Part shown: piece by piece, positions 26,670-38,525 of the stretch
Numbering within the stretch: position 1 is the stretch's first letter
Layout: each line of letters starts with the position of its first letter
Assembly: GCF_006345805.1 (NCBI RefSeq)
Contig: NC_042999.1
Location: forward strand, 103,602,001-103,666,000
DNA from: Octopus sinensis
Lineage: Eukaryota
Reading direction: 5' to 3'
DNA length: 64,000 bases
Position numbers and translations under genes: made by a program
Notes under the pieces: model-generated
Told to the model about the DNA's origin: nothing
Seen by the model: the letters and a program-made list of their open reading frames with translations, nothing else
Databases searched by the model: none

Positions 26670-26947
26670 TATATATACTTTATTTATATATATATATTGC
26701 ATATCTATCTATTTATCTGTCTGTCTGTCTTTCACTCTCTCTCTCTCTATCTCTCTATCTATCTAGATTTCTATCATACACACATACATACATACACACA
26801 TACACACATGCATATATACATACATACACACATACACACAATACATATATACATACATACATACACACATACACACATACATACATACATACATACATAC
26901 ATACATACATACATACATACATACATACATACATACATACATTACAT

Positions 26948-26992
<45 letters not shown>

Positions 26993-27155
26993 TATTCAAA
27001 GGAATTCCAACTCTGTTTATTATGTTTTATTTATATTCTTTATAATATTAATGTAGAATATAGAATATATAGTATAAATAGTATATATATAGTAAAATGA
27101 AGTGAACTATTGATTCTCTTATTGAATATATGAAATATTGAATATAAGACATTAA

Positions 27156-27199
27156 GGAACTAGTATACTTTCTTGCATTAAAGCAGTCTTCAAGGTCCC
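27156..27199 (-). ncRNA. Atypical hammerhead-like motif (CUUGAAGA core)
   Basis: gggac-CTTGAAGA-ctgc-tttaat-gcaa-GAAA-GTATAC-TA-gttcc. Confidence 0.55.
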
Positions 27200-27287
27200 A
27201 GGTTGTGACAGGAGTGGTTCAACTGTTGAACTGCTCAACTCCTTTGACAGGAGTGTTTTCACAGTTGAAACACACCTGTCACAACCT

Positions 27288-27331
27288 GGGACCTTGAAGA
27301 CTGCTTTAATGCAAGAAAGTATACTAGCCCC
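27288..27331 (+). ncRNA. Atypical hammerhead-like motif (CUUGAAGA core), mirror copy
   Basis: gggac-CTTGAAGA-ctgc-tttaat-gcaa-GAAA-GTATAC-TA-gcccc. Confidence 0.55.
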
Positions 27332-27540
27332 TTAATATTTTATATTCAATATTTCATCTATTCAATAAGACAATCAATACTTCATTTCATTTTACTATAT
27401 ATATACTATTTATACTATATATTCTGCATTCTACCTTAATATTACAAAGAATATAAATAAAACATAAAAAACAGACAGCGCTGGAATTCCTTTGAATAAT
27501 ATATATCCCTCTATACACAATCATACACCCCTTTATATAT

Positions 27541-27577
<37 letters not shown>

Positions 27578-27578
<1 letters not shown>

Positions 27579-27780
27579 GTAAAGTCTATATGCCAACAAC
27601 GCAACGTAGTCCTACGCAGGATGATTACTACTTTTTAGTCTCAGAAAACATCCTTTCCTGTTGGCTACTGACACAGTTCATATGTCGGTAGCCAGCTGGA
27701 AAGATGTCTTCCTGGGGCTAAAAAGTAGTAATATCATCCTGCGTAGGACTGCTACGTTGCGTTGGCATATAGACTTTACT
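27578..27780. repeat. Inverted repeat (27578-27673 / 27683-27780) abutting (TA)n
   Basis: agtaaagtctatatgccaac..gtcctacgcaggatgat mirrored by atcatcctgcgtaggac..gttggcatatagactttact. Confidence 0.85.
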
Positions 27781-29398
27781 GTATGGTCTTGTTACTACAC
27801 ATTTCTTGCTCAGAGATTTGAAACTAGTTTTTCTCTCTCTGTTCTCTCTCTCCCACTCTCTCTTTTTCTCTCTCTCTCTCTTTCTCTCTGTATATATATA
27901 TATATATATTATATATATATATATATATGTGTGTTGTGTGTGTGTGTGTGTGTTCGAAAAAGCTAAGAAGGCTAGAATAACTTCAACAACGGCTCTACTT
28001 GATTTGGGCTCTATGTGGGTGCTTTCCCAGTTAAAAATAGTTGCGAAAATTTATCTCAGATCTTATCCAACCGTCTTTAATAAAGAACGAATTTGTTAAA
28101 TGCTCTGAGTTTCCTGTGCATATGAAAAAGACAGAAGAGTCATGACTGAAATGACTTTGATCGTCTGTTTGTTGTGTTCATGCTAACCTGGGGCTGAATA
28201 ACACCAACAACACCAACCATGGTCAATTGGCTTTTGGGCGATCAACGAACATCTTCCCCACTCGTTTCTCTGCACATTTTTACCTCTTTAGATTCCAGTT
28301 CTTATATATTTTGGTGTGAATCAACTAACGGGCAGTTTTTACTCGTAAAAAGAAAATGACGAAAAGTTGTATGTAAGGACGAAAATAGAAGGCAGCTGTT
28401 GCTTTCAGATTAATTCTTTGAACAAACTTCAAACGATTCTTTGTTGTTTTTAATTCACATACTCTCCTATACATCAACTAAAACTTCACTAAGAATTTTG
28501 CCGACTAGTATTTACTTGCAAGTCTCTAACCATCCCACTCCAGTTTAAAAAAATAAAGAGATATTTAGCCATTTATAACACTGACAATTTTTACAATAAC
28601 GGCTCCAGTTTCTGCGCTTTTGTCTTATCTTTTGTCTTTCATATTTTTCTCTTATTTATATTTGTAAGAGTGTACTTTGTGGGATGTATTTTTTGAACAT
28701 GCTTTATATTATATGTAAGTTGTATGTGTATGCTTATGTATTTATTCTTTTTATGGATACATCATTCGTCTTTATATTGATGTGTATGATAAAGTAGTTG
28801 CTTGGAGTATTGCTTTGACATATTTTTGCTAATTAATTTACATTCAAAGCTATGCTTAGCCACAGTTTGCTCCTAATTTAGAAATATTATTTATCATATA
28901 CATATTTTGATCATTTTCACACATACACACACACACAAAAGCATCTAAAGATCCATTCCAGATGCAGTACCTCTGAAAACTGAAAATAACGTATTAACAA
29001 TAAAACAGCGATAGTAGTTATATTAACAGCTATCTCTAGCTGGCTTTCAAATTTATCACTTGCTATTCTTTGCACAAAAGCCATTGTAATGTGAGTATGA
29101 TAATGATCACAGCGATGTTGATAACAATGACAATGATGACGCAAATGATAAGGGAGATCAAATTATATTCTTCTCTAATCTTCTATTTAACACTCTTAGT
29201 AATGTCGATATCGTTTTGCAAATTAGAGCTAAACACAAATATATAGCAATTTATGCATTGGAAGAATAGTTAAATCCAACCATAGAATGATCGCAATATA
29301 CGTAGAAAGGTATACTTAAAATAACACATACATATGTATGTATGTGTGTGAATATATATATATATAGAGAGAGAGAGGGGGAGAGAGAGAGAGAGAAA

Positions 29399-29471
<73 letters not shown>

Positions 29472-29744
29472 GACCGTGTCGATAGATGAGATCAAGAGAT
29501 TCACAATATGGAAAACACTCAATAGCGCTCAAATGATTTGAACTTACACTCCGAAACCTTTACCGTGGAGTAAAGAGTGTCTATAGGAGGAATCCAGGTG
29601 AGCAGTGATGGAGATAACTTTGCAAATAAAGGAAATAAAACTGGTTAGGTTAGATATGTAAAATATATATACACGTATATATGTAAATACAGAGACAGCA
29701 AAGACTGAACATTTTAAGACGATGAATATCCAAATATATTTATT

Positions 29745-29777
<33 letters not shown>

Positions 29778-29951
29778 ATGTTTATGTGTGTGGGTGTGTA
29801 TGTATGTATATGTATGTACGTTAGTTGAAATATGTTTGTCAAATATTTCAACTGCTAAAAGTCAAATACATTGCAGTTACCGTGCGGAAAAGATCTCTCT
29901 TGTGGTAAAAATATTTGAAAACACCCAGTTCGTGTCGCCAACTGTTAGGAT

Positions 29952-29999
29952 TCCCAGACATCGATGTTTCGACTTTTTTTTTTATTCTTGTAAATGAGA
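29952..29999 (-). ncRNA. Decayed hammerhead, monomer 1
   Basis: tctca-TTTACAA-gaat..agtc-GAAA-CATCGATG-TC-tggga. Confidence 0.55.
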
Positions 30000-30309
30000 T
30001 GTACCTAAGAGAGGCAACTCTAAACGAACTGCTTTATGTATTATATATAAAGCTATATCTTTATATATAATTCAGTCAACACGTTGACTGATTTGCGTTA
30101 GTAGATCGCCCCGATGAAGGTAAATAACGAAGCATTGGCGCAAAGCAGTGTTTAAGTATGAGCAGAATTTAGGTTAGTTGACATATGTTTGTCACATGTT
30201 TCAACTTCTAAAAAGCAAATATACTGCAGTTACCGTGGAGAAAAAATCTCTCTTACGGTAAAAAGATGTGAAAATACCCGGTTCGTTCAGTGTCGCCATC
30301 TGTTAGGAA

Positions 30310-30354
30310 TCTCAGACATTGATGTGTCGAGTTTTTTGACTCTTGTCAATGGGA
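30310..30354 (-). ncRNA. Decayed hammerhead, monomer 2
   Basis: tccca-TTGACAA-gagt-caaaaa-actc-GACA-catcaatg-TC-tgaga. Confidence 0.6.
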
Positions 30355-30500
30355 TGTACCTAAGAGAGTCAACTCTGAAAGAACTGCTTTGTGCCAATGA
30401 TCGGGTGATCTACTAGCGCAAATCAGTCAACGTGTTGACTGAATTACATATAAATTTATAGCTTTATTAAGTTCGTTCAGAGTGGTCTCTCTTATGTACA

Positions 30501-30545
30501 TCCCATTGACGAGAGTCAAAAAACTTGAAGCATCGACGTCTGGGA
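30501..30545 (+). ncRNA. Decayed hammerhead, fold-back monomer
   Basis: tccca-TTGACGA-gagt-caaaaa-actt-GAAG-catcgacg-TC-tggga. Confidence 0.65.
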
Positions 30546-30723
30546 CTCCTAACAGATGGCGACACTGAACGAACTGGGTGTTTTCTCATGTTTTTACCAT
30601 AGGAGTTTTTTTTTCACCACGGTAACTGTAGTGTATTTCCTTTTTAGCAGTTGAAACATGTGACAATCATATTTCAAACTAACCTAAATTCTGCTCATAA
30701 CTAAAAACTGCTTTGAGTTAATG

Positions 30724-30804
<81 letters not shown>

Positions 30805-31959
30805 TATACTAACAGAGCAAACTTATATGGAGTACAGAAACACGGAAAATCAAGGCGAACAAATAGAACACGTACATAGAATATGTGCAGTCGATAATAT
30901 ACCCATATATATATATATGTTGTCTTTCGGGTATATATATAACAGCTATCATCTGGGCATAAATTGTATACTCGCAGGAGCGAATTTTGCATGTTGTGTG
31001 TTATCAGTACAAGTTTTCATAGATGTTACCTATAAAAATTTGACAATGAAGTTAATCTGTTTCACAAATATATTTCATAAGTACATAAGTATGTCTTCTT
31101 TTTTTTTTGCTGTTGTCACGGAAGCTCTGATTAAGAAGAACTATGATTAGAATTGTTCTTGATATTCCAGTCTCGCTACTTCAGGCATACTATTTGTAGG
31201 GTCACACCATCTATTGTATCCTTCTATTATTCTTTCAAGACGGTATGGTGTGATTTGAGAATAATGTGGCTGCTATTTCTTTAAAAATTTAGGACCAACA
31301 TGGAGGCTTTCTCTTTAAGTCTCATGTCCATGTGTTTTGTGAAGCGAGAAAACATAGCTAAAATGGAATTCTCCAGTAAATGTACTATAAAAAGTGGATC
31401 AAATCTAATATATTCTCTAATCCTAATGCATTCCATTTTCCATTTATTGTTTGTTTTCATTGCGAATTTAAGCAGTGGTTGAATAGAAGTGTAAAGTCCA
31501 TGGCTAGTGGTGGCGGGGTGGACGGTTGTACGATATCTCATGCTTTCATTTATAAAGCACCGCTACTATTATGTATTATGCTACATATCGTATCATGGCG
31601 TGTATGTAACATATTTCTAAAGCCTGTCGATTGAATTTATGAAATCACATTTAGTTGAAAGCCATATTAAAAGTTTTGGGGGTTTTTTATTCAATATCGA
31701 TTTCATAGTATCAAAAAAATTCTTCCTATTTATTAACAACAATACTATAACTATGATAATTCCATACATATGAGCGAAATTTTCAGATCTGTTTGAGATA
31801 CAAAAATATTGGATTTAAGACGAGTTATTTCCAAATAACAGAAACTGCAAACAGAGAACTGAAGGAAGCATTCTGGAAGAACGATTCTCTATCCAGGATA
31901 GGATTCACCATATTAGACTTCCAATCTGGTGACTGGAATCAGTGAAGATGTATATGTGT

Positions 31960-31995
<36 letters not shown>

Positions 31996-32021
31996 ACACA
32001 CACACACACACCCACACACAC

Positions 32022-32128
<107 letters not shown>

Positions 32129-32544
32129 ATAATATAAGGGTGAAATTAATTAATTTAGAAATAATCATTAATTTCACCAAGTAGAGTTCGGCATGTAAAA
32201 GACCCATTCAAGGAAGGTTTAAGTAATACTAAGTAATTAAGGCTTCAGCAACGATTTGTCTCACCACACACCGAATTTAGAAATAGCAGTCAAAAGGTTT
32301 TGGCTATTCTTTCTACTTAAAAGGGAGATCCCAGTAAAACCAAAGTGCTTAAAACCAAAGCACTTATATATATATATATATATAAAACCAAAGCACTTAT
32401 ATATATATATAGAAAGGGTAGATACCCCCTTCGATCATGAAATACCATGGGATTGCACCACAAAAGCTCCCCTCCGAGGCACAAGTCCGGGCAAGGATCA
32501 GCAGTCACCCATGCATACTAGACTCCCCCTCCTTGAATAAGGAA

Positions 32545-32755
32545 AAGGCAAAGGTCGATACACCTTGGCACCAGTGACATTGCAACTCATTTCAACAACT
32601 GAGCGAACTGTTCTACAACTGAGTCAACTGGTGCAACGTGAAATAAAGTGTCCTTCTCAAGAACACTACACACAACCCGGTCCGTTCCTGGAATCTAACT
32701 CAGTCCCTCATGATTGTGGTCCCCACGCTCTTCCCACTGAGCCATGCGCTTTCAC
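32545..32755 (-). mobile_element. Degenerate SINE (different family)
   Basis: Minus strand begins tgtgaaagcgcatggctcagtggg (A-box-like) and continues to ttgagaaggacactttatttc..ccagttgactcag. Confidence 0.55.
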
Positions 32756-32823
32756 ATATGTGTATGTGTATGCATATATATGTATGTATGTATGTATATA
32801 TATAAATATATATATATACATAT

Positions 32824-32859
<36 letters not shown>

Positions 32860-32924
32860 GAATATACGTATCTATATACGTGTACATCTATATACATACA
32901 TGCATATATATATATATATATATA

Positions 32925-33075
32925 CCGGAGTAAGCACATAAATGTGAAACAAGGTGGAAAAAAGAGTACTCAAATACCAGTGGTAGAGTAATATGCTTTA
33001 TGTAAAGCAGCAGAAAATTCAACAAAACCTGTTACTCAGAGTAACAGATTTTGTTGAATTTTCTGCTGCTTTAAA
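32925..33075. repeat. Short cassette between (TA)n tracts ending in a 35-bp hairpin (33003-33037 / 33039-33073)
   Basis: 34 of 35 positions pair; centre reads ctc-a-gag. Confidence 0.9.
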
Positions 33076-33113
<38 letters not shown>

Positions 33114-34006
33114 GACGAGTTCTCTTCAATTTCTCTCTACCATTCACAAGTCTTTCGTCGGCCATATTTTAATGTCAAATAATCAGTGTCTTTAATATAT
33201 GCTGTTGTTGGTTTATACTTTAACGCTTAATGCCATCGACTTCGCCAAGCAGTAGCCATCTAATGGACAATTCTCATGAATTCTGTTGTTACATAAGTAG
33301 CATTGGCCAGCTGTTTGCCTATTTTACCTTCAGCGTTGACGCGCTATAACATGTGATATAAAGCCGAAATCCTTACTAACTAAAGAACTAAGCTTACCAC
33401 AGTTCCTATTTAACATCTTGATACAGTTATGCCCAGTGTGTTAAATTTCAATGGCTGTATGCATGTGAAGGTTCACAAGCCTGTTACAACGGATTTTCCA
33501 TTGTCACGAGATCTTGCCACCAGCATTCGAAATAAGAGCTTTATGTACATTTCTTTTGATATCTGTTGCAAGGACTGTGATTAAAGGTAGAATGCAGTTT
33601 ATGTTTTTTCCTATGAATTGCATTTTGGTTTTCTTGAGTGTTGTATATTTTATATATTAGATTTTACTGTATGGATAGGAATTATTTTTTGCCATGCATC
33701 GTATACATTCGATCAAAAAGCACCAGTATTTTTTATGAACAAATTTATTGTTCCGATGTTTATATTCCAAAAAATATCGACCTCGGTAGCGTATCTGGTA
33801 AGCATTAATTTTTTTTCCATCAATACCTCTCTACTAATCTCACATTTTTTTAGTATATTTATATGTTTTTTCTTTTACCTGTATTGCATCTTTCTGGTTG
33901 TATTTCTCTTCATCCTTGCTGCATTTCCGGCTACCTGTAAACCAAGATATCTGTTCAACTCATTATTTTTCAGTTAGATTTTCAATATGTGTAAATTCAT
34001 GTGAAT

Positions 34007-34272
34007 GCAGGTATTTGCTTCTCAACCGCATAGTTCCGGGTTCAGTCCCACTGCGTGATACCTTAGTATGTATAGATGTGTATGTATTATGTGTGTCTTT
34101 GTTTTTTCCCATCACTACTTAACAACCGGCGATGTCTTGTTTACATCTCCGTAACTTAGTGGTTCGGCATAAGAGACCGATGGAATAAATACCAGGGTCA
34201 ATTTGTTCTACCAAACCCTTAAAGGTGGTGCCTCAGTATGGCTGCAGTCGAATGACTGAAGCATGTAAAAGA
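34007..34272 (+). mobile_element. SINE family A, partially deleted
   Basis: ccgggttcagtcccactgcgtg..ccgtaacttagtggttcggc..ggtggtgcctcagtatggctgcagtc. Confidence 0.75.
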
Positions 34273-34951
34273 TGATATATAGAAGGAAGATATATGTGAG
34301 CGTATTTGTGCGTGTGTGTAGTTTTACTGACAGGCCCAAAAACAGAATCGAAAAGGCAGGTAGAAAGTGAGTAGATGGACTGAGATAAACTGTGGGATCA
34401 ATAGAAAAATATATAATGCTACATGTAAAAAGTACATAAATATACTGTAACTATGTATGTGTTATAGATGTGTGTGCGTAAAAGTCAAGATGGAAGGCAG
34501 TACACATGAGCCCTAACAAAGGCCCCGAGACTGATGGGAGGGTGGGATGAAGGTATCATTATGGTCCAAATGCCTGCACAGTGGTCTCTGTGAAAGATAC
34601 ACAACGTACCGTGCGTTGGTATTAAAACGGGAGGCGGATAAAGTTTGTCAGTTCGATATGCTACTGGAAGATTTAAACTCAGAATGCAAATCAGTTGGTC
34701 CAAAGTTCTTACAGTTTCTCCCATCCAGCGCTTTGTTTTATCTACTCCCGAGAGAATGAAAGGTGAAATGATCTCAGAGTTTACCTCAGAGTGAAGCAAC
34801 TCGGAGAAAAATCCAAGAGAAGTCCAGCCGACTGTGAATTTGCGGCCTGCTAGGATACATATATATAGCTCTAGTATACACACACACACATACATATTTA
34901 CATACATATACATGCATGTATATTGTGCATGTCTATCAATATACCTATCTA

Positions 34952-35032
<81 letters not shown>

Positions 35033-35195
35033 GTTATCGCCAAGCTAATATGGCACTCCATAAATATAGGACGAAAGTTGCCGTTGATTAGCTCCAAGAG
35101 GCCATCGCCTTTAGCTAGCTATGTGACACACGAACCTGTGTCCATTATAACCTTCGAACAGGGGAGGTCAGCTGCTTCTTCTTGCTGGTCAGGCA

Positions 35196-35238
35196 TCTGC
35201 AGACTAGTTTCAGGGCATTTGCCCTTTATCAGTGCAAA
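35196..35238 (-). ncRNA. Type I hammerhead with a single core change (G8 to A)
   Basis: tttgca-CTGATAA-agggc-aaat-gccct-GAAA-CTAG-TC-tgcaga; tail runs left to (TA)n at about 35028. Confidence 0.75.
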
Positions 35239-35285
35239 GTAGCCGATATATATATCTGCAATATGTGACAGTTATTCGGTTACCA

Positions 35286-35348
35286 TAATGAAACTCCGAG
35301 TTTCGGATGTCAGGGCGGAAATATACTCCGGCATCTCGTCATTTATCA
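35286..35348 (-). ncRNA. Decayed hammerhead (C3 to A)
   Basis: tgataa-ATGACGA-gatg..catcc-GAAA-ctcggag-TT-tcatta. Confidence 0.55.
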
Positions 35349-35367
35349 AGGCATTTTTTGATTGCCT

Positions 35368-35430
35368 TGATAACTGACGAGAAGCTGGAGCAGATTTCCG
35401 CCCCGACACCCGAAGCCCGGAGTTTTGTTA
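35368..35430 (+). ncRNA. Decayed hammerhead (GAAA to GAAG)
   Basis: tgataa-CTGACGA-gaag..caccc-GAAG-cccggag-TT-ttgtta. Confidence 0.55.
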
Positions 35431-35527
35431 CGGCAACCGAATAATTGTCACATGGTATACTACAGATAAATTCCTCTATTTACAAAATATCGAGATTTCA
35501 ATCATTCTTTTGCTGTCTTACCATTAC

Positions 35528-35558
<31 letters not shown>

Positions 35559-35616
35559 AGAAGACAGAGAGAGACAGAGAGAAGGGTAATTAGAATTTTT
35601 ATTCACATATATATAA

Positions 35617-35658
<42 letters not shown>

Positions 35659-35709
35659 TATTATATATATATATGTTGTATGTATGTATATATGTATGCA
35701 TTATGTATT

Positions 35710-35781
<72 letters not shown>

Positions 35782-35852
35782 AGATTTTATCTCAAAAGAA
35801 TAATTGCAAAGTAGCAAAGAAATATTATTCATTAATATCAATTATGATTTCA

Positions 35853-36027
35853 AATTTTGATACAAGACCAGCAAATTCGGGGGAGGTGTAAGTCAATTAC
35901 GTTGGCCCCAAACGGACGAAAGGCAAAGTCAACCTCGGCAGAATTAGAACTCAGAACACGAAGAGGGACAAAATACCGCTAAGCATTTCCCCTGGGGTGC
36001 TAACGATTCTGTCAACTTGCCGCCTTA
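35853..36027 (-). mobile_element. SINE family B
   Basis: Reverse complement begins aaggcggcaagttgacagaatcgttagcacc. Confidence 0.75.
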
Positions 36028-37084
36028 ATCAATTCAATACTAATATCATTAATGTCAGAATCACCAACTGGAGTACAGTCTGTCCTAAATACTAGAGATT
36101 TCTCAAGATAAGATTTAATTATAGGCGCACAGAACACTTTTATATCGAAGTGCATGAATTTATAACGATTTTTTTATTATCTGTATTATTGCACTACTTG
36201 AGAAATGATAGGTTATTATTCCTTAATGGAAGAGAAATGACCCGTTTAAAATTTTAAATGATGGGATGTAAAATATATTTACTGAAGCTATTAGTTTCTC
36301 TTCTCCGAGATTTATTAAAATACGTTTGGGGTTACCTACAAAATTATCCTTTTACCTTGAAAAGTAATGTGTGGCATTCATAACGCTAAAGTTAATACTC
36401 TATAGTTTATTTTTAGGCTAATAACAATTTATTTTTTTCCTAAATTAATAGCTTGTTTAGTGCTAACATTGTTTTTATTGACACTGTCGATATTATTGGA
36501 AAGGTATGTGTAGTTATGTGCCGTTCTCAGCTTAGTTAAAATGTTTGTTTTTATCTGGAGAGCCAGGAGTGTATTTGGGGAATTTTTGCAATTTTGTCAA
36601 ATCTTTTGCATCATTTATATTGAAATTTAGATTAGTTTTTAAACTTACGCTTTACATTTTATTGTATAGGTTACATTGAAAGGGTGGTTAAAGAAAGAGT
36701 ATGCTGGAAGAATTTTGGATAATTTTAAGCTAAAGAGATGAATAATTCCGTCTTAAATGCTTTCATCCTAAGTCAGCTACATCAGAACTACGTTTTGCTA
36801 AATAACTCGAGAGAATGCCCTCTGCATTGTTCAGCAGTAAAAATCTCCCTTGAATTACGCTATACCATCTTGAAAAGTGTGGGAAGTGTGGTTAATGTGA
36901 AACTAAATACGCAATGCTTGAATAAAGAATGCAAAGCCAGGGTTTGTTCATCCGTGTCATACAAATGTTTAAAGCAGAACAATAGAAGCAAATATTAGAG
37001 ATTGATAAGAGCAAAGCTTGTCGTCATTGGCCAGCTCGTGAAATAAGTTCAGTTCAGATAAATAAATAAACAGACAGATGTATG

Positions 37085-37116
<32 letters not shown>

Positions 37117-37160
37117 ATATATGGTGTGGTGTGTGTGTTGTGTGTGTGTGGTGTGTGTGT

Positions 37161-37197
<37 letters not shown>

Positions 37198-37590
37198 ATG
37201 TATATATATACATATATACATATACAAACAAATCTCTTGTAGCGCAAAATGTAAACCTAAACATTATGACCATTTATGTGGAAAACACAATTTGTTGAAT
37301 ACACGTAGCATTTTGGATATTCGTATTCTACAAATTCTGATCAAAAATCCTAGAGTTATGTTTCTTCTTCGTGCATCAACAACGATATAATATATTCTGG
37401 CCAATGACATGACGTCTGATAAGAGTTACATAGATACTGTCAATCAACAGAAGCCATAACATTTTCAAAAGCTTTTGGATTCTGTCCAAGCAAGTTTGCT
37501 TCTAATAAATTATGTACTTCAACTCCTGTGCCATATAATACAACATGCTTGCTTGTAAATGTTTTGCGCGTATGCATATATATACATACA

Positions 37591-37645
<55 letters not shown>

Positions 37646-37662
37646 CTTGTTAAAATATAATA

Positions 37663-37703
<41 letters not shown>

Positions 37704-37800
37704 AAATATAATATGCATATTATGTATATATTATATAATATATATATATATATATATATAAATATGTATGTAGATATATATACATATTTAATATTTATAA

Positions 37801-38340
37801 AGGCGACTATAGACGTCACCAGAAGAGCCGACACCATCACGGTGTCCTTGCTAGCCTGGGGCTAAATGCATCAGTAACACCCCCACCACCCCGCCCTGTC
37901 CCTAGCCACATTCAGATGGCTGGTCCCGCTTATATTACAGAGCAGTTACTGTTTATACCTCGCTTAGAGATTTATTATTGTTATCGAACAGATTTTCGAC
38001 GCCAGTGACTGTGTTTACTGTGAAAATCTATATATTTCTAGCCTGTAGAGGAAGTCCCTCAACGAAGAACGGTGCTTGCCATGCGCTGACGAGAGGCGAC
38101 CACCTCGAAACCGGTCCGTGTGTAGCATCCGTATCTTCGGGGAGGCTGATCTCCCTTTACAGGCTAGCAAGGACACCGTGATGGTGTCGGCTCTTCTGGT
38201 GACGTCTATAGTCGCCTGGGGCTAAATGCATCAGTAACACCCCCACCACCCCGCCCTGTCCCTAGCCACATTCAGATGGCTGATCCCGCTTATATTACAG
38301 AGCAGTTACTGTTTATACCTCGCTTAGAGATTTATTATTG

Positions 38341-38344
<4 letters not shown>
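37801..38344 (+). mobile_element. 360-bp HHR-bearing unit with 131-bp terminal direct repeat and 58-bp 5' inversion (retrozyme-like)
   Basis: 37854-37984 equals 38214-38344 (one mismatch, period exactly 360); 37801-37858 is the exact reverse complement of 38160-38217; TA-rich flanks. Confidence 0.88.
38080..38122 (+). ncRNA. Fully canonical minimal type I hammerhead ribozyme
   Basis: catgcg-CTGACGA-gagg-cgacca-cctc-GAAA-CCGG-TC-cgtgtg; GUC cleavage after 38116. Confidence 0.92.
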
Positions 38345-38397
<53 letters not shown>

Positions 38398-38399
<2 letters not shown>

Positions 38400-38525
38400 A
38401 CGGCTTCTTTCAGTTCCTGTCTGTCAACCACTCACGGGGTTCTTGCCGAAGGTGTCACGCAGTGGTACTGATCCGGAATTATGTGGTTGGGCAGCAATCT
38501 TGTTACCACACAGCCACGCCTGTGC
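38398..38525 (-). mobile_element. SINE family A, 5' fragment
   Basis: Reverse complement reads ggcgtggctgtgtggtaacaagattgc..aattccggatcagtaccactgcgtgacacc. Confidence 0.7.

Larger units (their letters stand above)
26988..27531. repeat. Inverted repeat (26988-27226 / 27261-27503) with right tail, between (TA)n tracts
   Basis: Mirror arms about 240 bp, each carrying an HHR-like motif. Confidence 0.9.
29821..30724. mobile_element. Tandem about 355-bp HHR-bearing monomers followed by a fold-back copy (retrozyme-like)
   Basis: Unit starts at 29821 and 30174; 30383-30724 is the reverse complement of the monomer; flanked by (TG)/(TATG)n and (TA)n. Confidence 0.8.
35263..35453. repeat. Inverted repeat (35263-35353 / 35363-35453) of two decayed hammerheads
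   Basis: 91-bp arms with a 9-nt spacer. Confidence 0.85.

Noticed and set aside
30107-30140. Plus-strand HHR candidate cgcc-CCGATGA..GAAG..ggcg
   Set aside because: Helices II and III do not form; the better-supported HHR of this unit is on the other strand.
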